Part shown: in pieces, positions 9,456 to 19,130 of the stretch
Position numbering within the stretch: position 1 is the stretch's first letter
Layout of the letters: each line of letters starts with the position of its first letter
Source: Thermodesulfobacteriota bacterium
GTDB lineage: Bacteria > Desulfobacterota > WTBG01 > JAGOGO01
DNA length: 32,000 bases
Assembly (NCBI GenBank): GCA_026625185.1
Contig: CP113000.1
Location: 1,185,622 to 1,217,621 of the forward strand
Direction: 5' to 3'
Notes under the pieces: generated by a model
The model's input: the letters and a program-made list of their open reading frames with translations, nothing else
The model's database searches: none
Told to the model about the DNA's origin: nothing
Made by a program: the position numbers and the translations under genes

Positions 9456-9482
9456 TTAGCACTCTCATTGTTTGAGTGCTAA
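9456..9482 (-). promoter_or_regulatory. CIRCE operator (HrcA binding site) of the groESL operon
   Basis: TTAGCACTC-N9-GAGTGCTAA is a perfect match to the consensus, about 170 nt upstream of the groES start. Confidence 0.9.
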
Positions 9483-9801
9483 TATAAATCAGGTTACTCT
9501 ATTTTTTATAATAATCAAGGATAAAAATATAAAGAAAAAAATATATTGAGCATCTTTTTTGGTTATTAAAAATTATTTTTTATTATTTTTAAGTACTTGG
9601 AAGCTATAAATCAAAAAGAAAAAGCTTCCTTTCGCGGAACCTTACGTCAAGAAAACTCAGAGCCGAACGCCGGTCACGAGGAACGCGAAGAGAGCCAAAA
9701 CCACTTGACACCTGATGGGTATTGTGGTAGCCATTACCTGCAAACAACGGCCTGGTCTATTCTTTTTTGCTTAAGAATTATCGTCTTTGGATAGAAAGGC
9801 T

Positions 9802-9840
9802 GGGGGTTATAGGTGCGATTATAATCCCCTTTTAAATTTT
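9802..9840 (+). terminator. Terminator/attenuator-like hairpin plus T-tract in the valS leader
   Basis: GGGGTTATA-ggtgcg-(A)TTATAATCCCC forms 9 bp with one bulge and is followed by TTTTAAATTTTT. It ends about 35 nt before the valS ATG. Confidence 0.4.
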
Positions 9841-9873
9841 TAATCTATTTTTGCGGTTGTAATTGAAAAAGTT

Positions 9874-12537
9874 ATGGATGATTTCTCATTGCCCAAAACC
9901 TATGACCCGCATCCGATCGAGCAAAAGTGGTATACCCTTTGGGAGAATGAAGGTTTTTTTCACGCCGACGAACAGTTTCCCTCTGAACCGTATTCCATTG
10001 TGATCCCTCCACCCAATGTCACGGGATCTCTTCATATGGGACACGCTTTAAATAACACCCTCCAGGACATCCTCGTTCGGTTCCATCGGATGGAGGGGAA
10101 AAATACTCTTTGGCTTCCCGGGACTGACCATGCCGGCATTGCCACCCAATACGTGGTGGAAAAAGGATTGGCTAAAGAAAAAAAGACTCGGGAAAGTCTG
10201 GGAAGAGAAAAGTTTATTGAGCGGGTCTGGCAATGGAAGAAAGAACACGGGGGGATTATTGTTGAACAATTAAAACGATTAGGCGCATCGTGCGACTGGG
10301 CCCGGGAAAGGTTTACCATGGATGAAGGCCTCAGTCAGGCAGTCCGGGAGGTATTTGTTCGCCTCTATGAGGAAGGCCTCATTTACCGGGGAGACTATAT
10401 CATTAACTGGTGTCCTCGTTGTCATACCGCTCTTTCTGATCTTGAGGTCGAATATAAAGAAACGCAAGGAAAATTTTATTTTATTCATTACCCGTTAAAA
10501 AAAGGGGGGGAGACCCTTATCGTTGCTACTACCCGGCCGGAAACCATGTTGGGCGATACCGCAATAGCCGTCAATCCTGATGATGAGCGGTACCGAAAGT
10601 TGATCGGCACAGAAGCGCTTTTGCCCTTGATGGATCGGGTTATTCCCGTTATTGGCGATGAGTACGTTGACAAAAGTTTTGGAACCGGCGCTCTGAAAAT
10701 TACCCCGGCGCATGACCCTAATGATTTCGAAGTATCTTCCCGACACAAACTGCCCATAATCAAGGTGATGGATGAGTCGGGCCGGATGAATAAAAATGCC
10801 GGCCCCTATGAAGGCTTAGATCGTTTTGCCTGCCGGGAAAAAGTTCTTGAAGACTTAAACGCTCAAAAGCTTTTGAAGAAAGTAGAGGCCTATGTCCACA
10901 ACATCGGATACTGCTACCGGTGCAACGAGGCTATTGAGCCTTTTCTATCTAAGCAGTGGTTCGTAAAAACCACTCCTCTGGCCAAACCTGCCATTGCTGC
11001 AGTCAGAGAGGGTAAGACCCGGATTATGCCCTCGGGTTGGGAAAAAACCTATTTTGAGTGGATGGAAAATATCCGCGACTGGTGCATCTCCCGACAGATT
11101 TGGTGGGGGCATCGAATTCCTGCCTGGTATTGCGGAGATTGCGGGGAGGTGACTGTTTCCGCAAGCGAACCTCAAGCTTGCAAAAACTGTGGAAGCAAAG
11201 ATCTCACGCAAGAAGAAGATGTACTGGATACCTGGTTTAGCTCCGCGCTGTGGCCTTTCTCCACTCTCGGCTGGCCAACGAAGACTAAAGATTTACAAAC
11301 ATTTTATCCAACCTCAGTCTTGGTCACCGGATTTGACATCCTCTTTTTCTGGGTCGCGAGAATGATGATGATGGGGATAAAGTTTATGGGCGAAGTTCCT
11401 TTCCGGGATGTGTACATCCATGCCCTGGTGAGGGATGCTAAAGGTCAGAAGATGAGCAAATCCCTCGGGAATGTCATTGATCCTTTAGTGATGATTGAAA
11501 AATACGGAACCGATGCCTTCCGGTTTACTTTAGCCGCGTTAGCCGCCCAGGGAAGGGATATCCGGCTGGCTGAGGACATCATTGAAGGTTACCGGCACTT
11601 TGCCAATAAGATTTGGAATGTTGCCCGATTTGTGCTTTTAAACCTTAAAAATTATTCTCCTGATGAAAATTTAGCGGCTTATTATTCCCTAACGGATAAG
11701 TGGATTTTAAGTCGCGCAAGCCAGCTGATTCAAAACGTAAGGAATGCCCTTGAGGAGTATAGGTTTAATGAATCCGCCGGTTTCCTCTACCAATTTGTTT
11801 GGCATGAGTTCTGTGACTGGTATGTAGAATTTAGCAAACAAGAGCTATCAAATTCCAATGCCGAAAGCCTTTCGCGGAAGGCCACCCAACAAGTCCTCTT
11901 GGAAATCCTTAATATTATACTTAAACTTCTTCATCCTTTTATGCCTTTTCTCACAGAAGAAATCTGGCAAAAACTTCCGGGAAATAAAGGGAGCATCATG
12001 ATCTCTCCTCTTCCCCGGAAAAATGATTCGTTAATCAACCTCCCGGCAGAAGAAGCACTGGAAATTATTAAAGAGGTAGTGTATCATATCCGTAATATTC
12101 GGGGAGAAATGCATATTCCTCCATCACAAAAAATTGAAGCTATTATTTTTTGCGAAGATGATAAGACGAAGCGACTTTTAGAAAATTATCAGTATTATTT
12201 AATATCATTAGCGCATTTAAACAATCTGACGTTCTCAACTTCGAGACAAAAACCTCATGCAGCAGCCACGGCAATAGTTAAAGGCGTAGAAATTTTTATT
12301 CCCTTAGAGGGGCTGATTGATTTTGGCGAAGAAGAAAAAAGGCTTAAAAAAGAGATCGCTAAAATAGAAAAGGAAATGACTTTTGTCCGGAAAAAGTTGA
12401 CCAATGAAGATTTCCTCAGCAAAGCCCCCCGCGAAGTAGTGGATAAGGAGAAGGAAACGCATCAGGTCTTATTGAAGAAAAAGAAAAAATTGGATGAAAG
12501 CATCGCGCGCCTCCAAGAAATGAGGAACGCCGGGTAA
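9874..12537 (+). CDS. valS: Valine--tRNA ligase
   Basis: 887 aa with PPNVTGSLHMGHA (HIGH), KMSKSLGN (KMSKS) and a C-terminal coiled coil. Confidence 0.98.
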   Translation: MDDFSLPKTYDPHPIEQKWYTLWENEGFFHADEQFPSEPYSIVIPPPNVTGSLHMGHALNNTLQDILVRFHRMEGKNTLWLPGTDHAGIATQYVVEKGLAKEKKTRESLGREKFIERVWQWKKEHGGIIVEQLKRLGASCDWARERFTMDEGLSQAVREVFVRLYEEGLIYRGDYIINWCPRCHTALSDLEVEYKETQGKFYFIHYPLKKGGETLIVATTRPETMLGDTAIAVNPDDERYRKLIGTEALLPLMDRVIPVIGDEYVDKSFGTGALKITPAHDPNDFEVSSRHKLPIIKVMDESGRMNKNAGPYEGLDRFACREKVLEDLNAQKLLKKVEAYVHNIGYCYRCNEAIEPFLSKQWFVKTTPLAKPAIAAVREGKTRIMPSGWEKTYFEWMENIRDWCISRQIWWGHRIPAWYCGDCGEVTVSASEPQACKNCGSKDLTQEEDVLDTWFSSALWPFSTLGWPTKTKDLQTFYPTSVLVTGFDILFFWVARMMMMGIKFMGEVPFRDVYIHALVRDAKGQKMSKSLGNVIDPLVMIEKYGTDAFRFTLAALAAQGRDIRLAEDIIEGYRHFANKIWNVARFVLLNLKNYSPDENLAAYYSLTDKWILSRASQLIQNVRNALEEYRFNESAGFLYQFVWHEFCDWYVEFSKQELSNSNAESLSRKATQQVLLEILNIILKLLHPFMPFLTEEIWQKLPGNKGSIMISPLPRKNDSLINLPAEEALEIIKEVVYHIRNIRGEMHIPPSQKIEAIIFCEDDKTKRLLENYQYYLISLAHLNNLTFSTSRQKPHAAATAIVKGVEIFIPLEGLIDFGEEEKRLKKEIAKIEKEMTFVRKKLTNEDFLSKAPREVVDKEKETHQVLLKKKKKLDESIARLQEMRNAG

Positions 12538-13376
12538 TGATCGAAGCAGTTGAAGCCCTCATTGATTTGGCCTTAAGAGAAGACCTTGGTCCGCACGATA
12601 TAACCACCAAAAGTTTGGTCAAGGAAAAAGACCGTGGGGTTGCCACGGTATTGGCCAAAGAAGATTTTCTGCTGGCAGGATTAAGTGTCTTCTCCCGGGT
12701 GTTTTTTCGTTTAGATGAAAAAATCAGCATAACGTCTTTTTTTAAAGATGGAAAAGAAGTAAAAGCCGGGGATATCATTGCTGAGGTTAAAGCTCCTCTT
12801 TGGGTTTTGCTCAGCGGGGAAAGGACCGCCTTAAATTTTCTTCAGCGGCTTTCGGGTATTGCTACGTTTACGCGCATGGTGGTAAAAAAAGTAAAAGGGT
12901 ATCCGATAAAAATCTTAGATACCAGAAAAACCACGCCCGGTTGGCGCGTGCTTGAGAAAGAAGCAGTGCGAGTTGGCGGTGGCTTTAACCACCGCTTTGG
13001 ACTTTTTGATGGGGTGCTCATAAAAGATAACCATATTCAAGCAGTGGGGAACATTACCCAGGCCATAGCGCTTGCCCGCTGCAATGCCCCGGTGACGCTT
13101 AAAGTTGAAGTGGAAGTCAATACCCTCGAACAAGTTGACGAAGCCCTTAAAGCAAAAGCGGATATTATTATGCTGGACAATATGTCTTTAGAAGATATGA
13201 AGCGCGCGGTCAAAAAAATCAAAGGCCGCGCTCTCGTGGAGGCTTCCGGAGGTATAACCCTGGAAAATGTTACATCCGTGGCAAAAACCGGAATTGACGT
13301 TATTTCTATTGGTGCCTTAACCAGTGCTTTTCGGGCAGTAGATATCAGTATGGAATTGGAGGAAAAAAAGAAATAA
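12537..13376 (+). CDS. nadC: Nicotinate-nucleotide diphosphorylase (carboxylating), quinolinate phosphoribosyltransferase
   Basis: [39 protein letters not shown]. It overlaps the valS stop by 1 nt. Confidence 0.93.
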   Translation: MIEAVEALIDLALREDLGPHDITTKSLVKEKDRGVATVLAKEDFLLAGLSVFSRVFFRLDEKISITSFFKDGKEVKAGDIIAEVKAPLWVLLSGERTALNFLQRLSGIATFTRMVVKKVKGYPIKILDTRKTTPGWRVLEKEAVRVGGGFNHRFGLFDGVLIKDNHIQAVGNITQAIALARCNAPVTLKVEVEVNTLEQVDEALKAKADIIMLDNMSLEDMKRAVKKIKGRALVEASGGITLENVTSVAKTGIDVISIGALTSAFRAVDISMELEEKKK

Positions 13377-14161
13377 TGCTTCTTACCATTGACATTGGTA
13401 ATACCAACATCGTCTTCGGGGTTTTTGAAGATAAAAAACTGGTCAACCACTGGCGGATCGTAACCCACAAAGACAAAACCGAAGATGAGTATGGAATCCT
13501 AATCGAAAATTTATACCGAGCTGCCAAAATCGATATGACTAAAACCAAAGGGATCATTGTCTCCAGTGTTGTCCCCCCAATTGTGGGCACCATTGAGGGG
13601 CTTTGTCAAAAATTCTTTCATATTACCCCTCTTTTTGTTGGTCCCGGGGTAAAAACAGGAATGCCAATTCGGTATGACAACCCTCATGAAGTCGGAGCCG
13701 ATCGGATTGTTAATGCTATTGCGGCTTACGATAAATACAAACAGAGTTTGGTGGTAGTTGACTTTGGAACCGCGACCACCTTTGACTATATATCTCCCCG
13801 AGGAGAGTATATGGGGGGGGCGATTGCGCCGGGAATCATCATTTCGAGCGAAGCTCTTTTTGTGAGAGCCTCAAAACTTCCTCGCATTGAGCTGATAAGG
13901 CCGGAATTCGTGATCGGCAAAAATACCATCGCTAGCCTCCAATCTGGGATTGTGTTCGGTTATATCGCCATGGTTGACGGCATCGTAGAAAAAATAAAGC
14001 AAGAGGTAAAAACCAATCCCCGCGTCATTGCTACCGGTGGATTAGCTCATTTAATTGCTGAAGGATCCAAAACCATTGAGGAGGTTGACCCTCTCCTTAC
14101 ACTTACCGGCCTTCGATTGATTTATGAAAAAAATTTGGGAGACAAAGGAGAAACTGTTTAA
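13376..14161 (+). CDS. coaX: Type III pantothenate kinase
   Basis: [36 protein letters not shown]. It overlaps the nadC stop by 1 nt. Confidence 0.93.
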   Translation: MLLTIDIGNTNIVFGVFEDKKLVNHWRIVTHKDKTEDEYGILIENLYRAAKIDMTKTKGIIVSSVVPPIVGTIEGLCQKFFHITPLFVGPGVKTGMPIRYDNPHEVGADRIVNAIAAYDKYKQSLVVVDFGTATTFDYISPRGEYMGGAIAPGIIISSEALFVRASKLPRIELIRPEFVIGKNTIASLQSGIVFGYIAMVDGIVEKIKQEVKTNPRVIATGGLAHLIAEGSKTIEEVDPLLTLTGLRLIYEKNLGDKGETV

Positions 14162-14163
14162 CC

Positions 14164-14469
14164 ATGGTCTTCCTTGCTTACTTTTTTGAAGCATTAGCAA
14201 ATGTGGTTGATATCGGACTAACCATCTATATGTGGATAGTGGTTATCCGAGCCATTATTTCCTGGGTAAATCCTGACCCTTACAATCCGATCGTGGTTTT
14301 TCTCCGGCGCTTAACCGATCCGGTTTTAAATTCCATCCGACGAAGACTCCCCTTTGCGCTTAGTCAAACCGGGATAGATTTTTCTCCGCTTATTCTTCTC
14401 CTGGGAATTATCTTTTTACAAAAGTTTTTAGTGAAAAGCCTTTATGAATTAGCCTATAGACTCCATTAA
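14164..14469 (+). CDS. yggT: YggT family membrane protein
   Basis: 101 aa with two TM segments. The pattern I.W...P.NP......LTDP.L...RR is typical of YggT/Ycf19. Confidence 0.85.
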   Translation: MVFLAYFFEALANVVDIGLTIYMWIVVIRAIISWVNPDPYNPIVVFLRRLTDPVLNSIRRRLPFALSQTGIDFSPLILLLGIIFLQKFLVKSLYELAYRLH

Positions 14470-14494
14470 CCAGTAAGTGAGGGAGTAAAGCACG

Positions 14495-15016
14495 ATGAAA
14501 CTAACGCCCCTTGATATTCAACAACAACAGTTCTCCGTTCGGTTCCGAGGGTTCGATACCAATGAGGTCGACACTTTTTTAGAAACCGTAGCCAGCGAGC
14601 TGGAAGACCTGTTAAAAAAGAACAAAGAACTTCTAGAGGAACTGGAAAGAAAAGAAGCGCGCATCGGGGAATACCAGAACATGGAAAAGACCCTGAAAGA
14701 GACCTTGCTTATGGCTCATGCTACGTCCGAGGAAATGAAAAAAAATGCTCAAAAAGCTGTCGAAGAGTTAAAAGCAACTACCCAGAAAGAAGCCGCTTTT
14801 GTTCTTGCCCGTGCCCGAGAACAAGCGGAAAAAATGATCGCGGAAACCAACAGCCGGTTAATCAAAATCCAAGAAGAAGTCAATGAACTAAAGAGAAAAA
14901 AAATAATATTAAAGCAGGAGCTACGATTTGTTTTAGAAACCCACTTAAGACTCCTCGAATCATCTTCCGAAAAAGAAGTCCGTGAACCAGACGAAAAACC
15001 TCCGAGCGACACTTAA
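14495..15016 (+). CDS. DivIVA domain-containing protein
   Basis: The N-terminus MKLTPLDIQQQQFSVRFRGFDTNEVDTFLE is followed by a long coiled coil. Confidence 0.85.
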   Translation: MKLTPLDIQQQQFSVRFRGFDTNEVDTFLETVASELEDLLKKNKELLEELERKEARIGEYQNMEKTLKETLLMAHATSEEMKKNAQKAVEELKATTQKEAAFVLARAREQAEKMIAETNSRLIKIQEEVNELKRKKIILKQELRFVLETHLRLLESSSEKEVREPDEKPPSDT

Positions 15017-15329
15017 AGCTCCCCAAATCATCGCCCTCGACATCAAGGTCAATGAAAGCGGAATCACCTTTCCGGTAATTGTCCAGCCAAGGTCTAAAAA
15101 AAACGGAGTTGTCGGGTTTAGCGAAGGGGCTCTCAAGGTTAAAGTAACTGCGCCGCCTGTGGAAGGTGCGGCTAACGAGGCGTTGATCGAGCTTTTATCT
15201 CAAATTCTCCGGATAAAAAAATCCAACATTGAAATCCTGAAAATGAAGACCTCTCGCCGTAAGCTCATTCAATGCAAGGGGATCAGCATGAACGAAATGA
15301 AATCCTTTATTAAGAACATTGAGCCCTGA
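14982..15329 (+). CDS. DUF167/YggU family protein
   Basis: VQPRSKKNGVVG...ALKVKVTAPPVEGAANEALIELLS. The annotated ATG overlaps the DivIVA gene by 35 nt, so the true start is uncertain. Confidence 0.8.
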   Translation: MNQTKNLRATLKAPQIIALDIKVNESGITFPVIVQPRSKKNGVVGFSEGALKVKVTAPPVEGAANEALIELLSQILRIKKSNIEILKMKTSRRKLIQCKGISMNEMKSFIKNIEP

Positions 15330-15535
15330 ATAAGTTCCCTTTAAAATTTTTTAAACTTTGATAAGGTGTTTTTTATAATGTCACTTCTAATACCACGTTT
15401 CATTCAAAAGCAGATCGAGGCGGGGACTTGGTATCATTCCGCACGATGCAATACAAATCTAAAAAGAATAGAGCCGGAAAAGGGTCTCCAGGAAAATCTT
15501 CCCTGTTTTTGTCGCAAGCACTGTTGTTCCCTGGC

Positions 15536-16207
15536 TTATAAGGATTTCAGGACGGCGTTTATTGTTTCGACGGCAATTTCTATGCTCAGCTTTTCCAAAT
15601 TGATCACCAGATCATTATTTTCAGGATCATCAATGTCAGCTTTGAAATATTTCTTAATAAAATCTTTCCGCTCCGATTCAATTTTTTGTAGGTATTCTTT
15701 AGCTTGTTCAGAAGAAAGCTTAAGCCACTCGGTAACATTTTTAACCCGAACTGCCAGTGGAGCTATCGCCCTTACCCGTAAAATTTCTTCCCGGGGAAGA
15801 ATAAAATTCGCTCCTCTGCCCAATATCACTGCGTTGCCATGTTTTCCTATGGCAGCGACAACCTTCACAAGATTCTGCATATATTCATAACCCCAGAGAT
15901 GATGTTTTTCCACCACCGATGAAATTATATCATTGATGGCAGAAATACCCTTTTCGTCCAAAGATTCCACCGCTAAAGTTCTCATGTGGGCGTTTTCAGC
16001 CACTGCTTGGGTTATCTCTTGGTCAAAGAAATCGAAACTCAATTTCTGGGCAAGCTGTTGCGCTAAAAAATGCCCTCCACTCCCAGGCTGCCTTGAAATA
16101 GTAACAACCGTTATTTTTTTTTCTTCCTTGTGCGGAAGGGCAGATTTCCATTTATTCACTTGGTCTTCAATTATCTGTTGAATTGGACGAGATTTTTTTA
16201 TTTTCAT
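15536..16207 (-). CDS. Cytidylate-kinase-like family protein (AAA/P-loop, Cytidylate_kin2-like)
   Basis: ITISRQPGSGG..LAQ.LA..L.F.FFD.EI and ILGRGANFIL are typical of this uncharacterised family. Confidence 0.75.
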   Translation of the reverse strand: MKIKKSRPIQQIIEDQVNKWKSALPHKEEKKITVVTISRQPGSGGHFLAQQLAQKLSFDFFDQEITQAVAENAHMRTLAVESLDEKGISAINDIISSVVEKHHLWGYEYMQNLVKVVAAIGKHGNAVILGRGANFILPREEILRVRAIAPLAVRVKNVTEWLKLSSEQAKEYLQKIESERKDFIKKYFKADIDDPENNDLVINLEKLSIEIAVETINAVLKSL

Positions 16208-16356
16208 GACACCCCCTTGTGTTTTTATCCAAGGAATATTTTTCTTTGTTTATTACTATACTGAAAAAATCGCCAACCGGTCAAGTAAAATTAATTAAAA
16301 CAATTTAAAATTATTTAATAAAAAAATAATTCTTCTGCTTGCCGAGTGGGTAAAAT

Positions 16357-16674
16357 TTAGAGGTTTCTGTAGTTGAGTGACGGCAACATGCAAGTCGGAA
16401 CTTTCGGCCGGAAGCATTTGGGGTCTTCCAACCCGTAAGCTCTCCGTTGAATCATTCTGATCTTGTTGTTGATCCCTTCAACAAACCCCAATGCCACTTT
16501 GGGTTCGGATTTGCAATCCATTACCATGCCGTCCCAGCGAAGGTCTATCAACTCGGAGAGTTCTTCAAATGGCTTCAGTCTTTGCCAGTTGAGGGATTCC
16601 CGCCGGTGGTCGGAAAATTTGCGAACCCAGACTGCCGAAGCGTAGTCCCAAAGCTGTCTAAAAAATGACTTAAA
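16357..16674 (-). mobile_element. ISL3-family transposase, C-terminal ~105-codon fragment (pseudogene)
   Basis: The open frame reads FFRQLWDYASAVWVRKF..L.WQRLKPFEELSELIDLRWDGM...C.....ALGFVEGINNKIRMIQRRAYGLED, the conserved ISL3 C-terminus. It starts abruptly after TGA-TAA, and about 300 N-terminal codons are missing. Confidence 0.7.
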
Positions 16675-16964
16675 TTATCACCTTTGCCAAGCTGTTTTCC
16701 CTTTAATTGCAAACGGGTTTCTCAAAAAAACATTTTTTAACTACTCATTTTGGAGAATACCCAAAAAAATTATGAAATTTCTGGTTTCTATAAGGATCTT
16801 TTGGTGTTAACGATAAAAACCCCTGTCATATGGCAACATGTTGGATAAGCAGAAAAAAAAGAATTACTGCATTTTTTTGTTGACATTGTCCTATATATTG
16901 TGGTAACTGGATTTAACGTTTACAATATATGGTATCTTTTATCCCTTAGAAAGGAGGAAAAGAT

Positions 16965-17147
16965 ATGGCTACGCCAAAGCAAATAGAGCTCAGGATTAAG
17001 TATGCTAAAACATCTATTAACAGTCTAACTAAAAAAATTGGCCTTTATAAAAACAAAGTTAAAAAATTGGAGGATGAAATGAAAAAAGCAAAAGCCGCAA
17101 AGCCAGCAAAAAAAGCCCCGGCCAAAAAGAAAGCCAAAAAGAAATAA
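16965..17147 (+). CDS. Small lysine-rich protein (60 aa) with a coiled-coil N-half and a histone-H1-like KAAKPAKKAPAKKKAKKK tail
   Basis: A strong RBS AAAGGAGGA lies 6 nt upstream of the ATG. A plausible promoter is TTGTGG-17-TACAAT (16903-16931). Confidence 0.6.
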   Translation: MATPKQIELRIKYAKTSINSLTKKIGLYKNKVKKLEDEMKKAKAAKPAKKAPAKKKAKKK

Positions 17148-17398
17148 CCGTTTTTTGCGTCTTTAATAAAACGCCAGGGATGAGGGCCCTTAAACAAATT
17201 TAGGGGCCCCAAAATTACTTGAAGGTATGTTCCCAACTTCAAGAGAGGGGGGGTTGCTCTCCGGGAAAGATGAATTTTTATAATTGATCCTTCTCTCCCT
17301 ATTTTTGCGTTTGCAACCGAGGGGCTGAGAGATGAATGCTTGTTCTCCCTTTTAATCTTCCTAGTTGGGCCCACCGAAATTATAGACCGAAACTTGGA

Positions 17399-17743
17399 TC
17401 AAGAGTTGTGTCGAATATAAGCAAACACCTCGGTAGTAGGTTTTGGAAGTCCGGCAATCTTCCACGCCTTAATCGGGTCAGGAAACTGCTCGTAGGTACA
17501 ATTTTTCGGTTGATGGAGATTTTTACAGACCGCCCTAAGGAGGGGAAAGGAATTATGCTTTTTGTAATATTCCCTCATAAACCTTAGGATATCGATCTTT
17601 TCTTGAGCGAGGGGGCACTCGTGACTTATCCCCTCCCTTTCTGCGATAGCGCAGGCAACATCTTCATTCCAGTCCTCAAAGTTTACCAGATAACCCTCAT
17701 CATCCACCTGAACTTTTAAATTTTTATATGTAATAATGGGCAC
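17399..17743 (-). CDS. DsrC/TusE/RspA-family protein lacking the conserved C-terminal cysteines
   Basis: LKVQVDDEGYLVNFEDWNEDVA..IAEREGI...L...KIDILRFMREYY and KIAGLPKP are present. It has a GTG start with RBS AAGGAGGTG and lies 39 nt downstream of queC. Confidence 0.85.
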   Translation of the reverse strand: MPIITYKNLKVQVDDEGYLVNFEDWNEDVACAIAEREGISHECPLAQEKIDILRFMREYYKKHNSFPLLRAVCKNLHQPKNCTYEQFPDPIKAWKIAGLPKPTTEVFAYIRHNS

Positions 17744-17782
17744 AAAACACCTCCTTAATAGAAAAATTTGAAAAATTTTATG

Positions 17783-18490
17783 TTAATGAATCACCTTATA
17801 GGAAATCGGATCTTTGAACCCGGCTTCTTCAAACCCTTTAAGGCGAAGTCTGCAACTATCGCAATCACCGCACGCCATGCCATTGGGAAAGGGGTCATAA
17901 CAACTATGGGTGAGCGAATAATCAACTCCAAGCGCCATACCTTTTTTGATAATTTCTGCCTTGCTCAGGTTTATAAGCGGGATCCGAATTTTAAACTTTA
18001 ATTTTCCCTCTACCCCGGCTTTCGTGGCCAGCTTGGCCATTTGCTCAAAAGCGTGGATATATTCCGGCCTTGTATCCGGGTATCCGCTGCAGTCTATTGC
18101 ATTAACCCCGATAAATATATCTTCAGCTCCCAGAACTTCGGCCCAGGCAAGCGCGTATGAAAGAAATATGGTATTCCTGGCCGGGACATACGTCGAAGGA
18201 ATCTCTTTCCCAATCTCCACTAGATCTCGCCCTCTTGGCAAAGATATCCCCTCAGAAGTAAGAGACGAGCCCCCTATTTTTTTCAGATGCACCGGGATAA
18301 CCAGATGATCCTTTGCTCCGAAAAACTCGGCAACCTTTTCAGCCTTTTTAATTTCTAAATAGTTTCGTTGGCCATAGTCAAAGCTTAAGGCATAGATTTC
18401 AAACCCTTCCTTTTTAGCTATCGCCAAGGTGGTAGTAGAATCCATCCCCCCGCTCAAAAGGACCACCGCTTTTTTCCCCATTTCAGACAC
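17783..18490 (-). CDS. queC: 7-cyano-7-deazaguanine synthase
   Basis: [14 protein letters not shown] is present, along with the C-terminal zinc motif C.DCDSCRLR. Confidence 0.95.
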   Translation of the reverse strand: MSEMGKKAVVLLSGGMDSTTTLAIAKKEGFEIYALSFDYGQRNYLEIKKAEKVAEFFGAKDHLVIPVHLKKIGGSSLTSEGISLPRGRDLVEIGKEIPSTYVPARNTIFLSYALAWAEVLGAEDIFIGVNAIDCSGYPDTRPEYIHAFEQMAKLATKAGVEGKLKFKIRIPLINLSKAEIIKKGMALGVDYSLTHSCYDPFPNGMACGDCDSCRLRLKGFEEAGFKDPISYKVIH

Positions 18491-19130
18491 CCCTCTTTTT
18501 TTTCGGCCAAATTATTTTCTGAATCTGGAGCTGAAGGTGAACGGGAACCTGGTCGGTTAGTATCCATTTTGCAAGTTCTCCGGGTTTTAGTTTTCCAAAA
18601 ACCGGCGCAAAATGAATGATCCTTTTTAAAAAAGACCCTTTTTTTAAGAGAGTTATTATCCCCTTGGCATAGTCAAAATCTTCCCGGTTCCCGATAATAA
18701 ACTTTATTTCATCCTGGTCGGCAAGCTGGTTTATATTATTTAAATTATTGAATTTACACATTCCACTGCTGGGGCATTTAAAATCTACTATTTTCACGCA
18801 CTGATTGCTCACCCGGTTAATATCAAGACTCCCATTCGTTTCCAAAAGAACCCGGTAATTTTTTTCGAGAAGGGTTTCGATGAGCAATGGGGTATCGCTT
18901 TGCAGAAGTGGCTCTCCTCCGGTAATTTCGATCAGCGTGCAAGGAATTTTTTTTATTTCTTCCAGGATTTCTGTAATGGTCTTCTCTTTACCTTCCTCGT
19001 ACGCATACATTGTATCACAGTACGAGCATCGTAAGTTGCAACCCGTAAGCCTAATAAAAACGCAAGGCCAGCCGGCGTACGAAGACTCTCCCTGGATACT
19101 AAAAAAGATCTCGTTAACCTTCAGAGCCAA
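18483..19130 (-). CDS. queE: 7-carboxy-7-deazaguanine synthase (radical SAM)
   Basis: [38 protein letters not shown]. The ORF track starts at 19244, but homology begins at ..LKVNEIF. A TTG at 19130 preceded by GGGGA gives a typical ~215-aa QueE. The gene overlaps queC by 8 nt. Confidence 0.9.
   Translation of the reverse strand: MALKVNEIFFSIQGESSYAGWPCVFIRLTGCNLRCSYCDTMYAYEEGKEKTITEILEEIKKIPCTLIEITGGEPLLQSDTPLLIETLLEKNYRVLLETNGSLDINRVSNQCVKIVDFKCPSSGMCKFNNLNNINQLADQDEIKFIIGNREDFDYAKGIITLLKKGSFLKRIIHFAPVFGKLKPGELAKWILTDQVPVHLQLQIQKIIWPKKKRGV

Noticed and set aside
9628-9639. CCTTTCGCGGAA occurring at 9628-9639 and 11868-11879, with a one-T variant at 85-97
   Set aside because: Tens of chance 12-mer repeats are expected in 32 kb. 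One copy lies inside the valS coding sequence, and no common flanking structure was found.
9597-9873. T-box riboswitch for valS (GTGGTAGCC resembling the UGGN-ACC T-box core, AGAGAG motif, downstream terminator)
   Set aside because: The T-box-like string cannot form an antiterminator competing with the 9802-9829 hairpin. No convincing specifier loop with a GUN codon or Stem I architecture was found.
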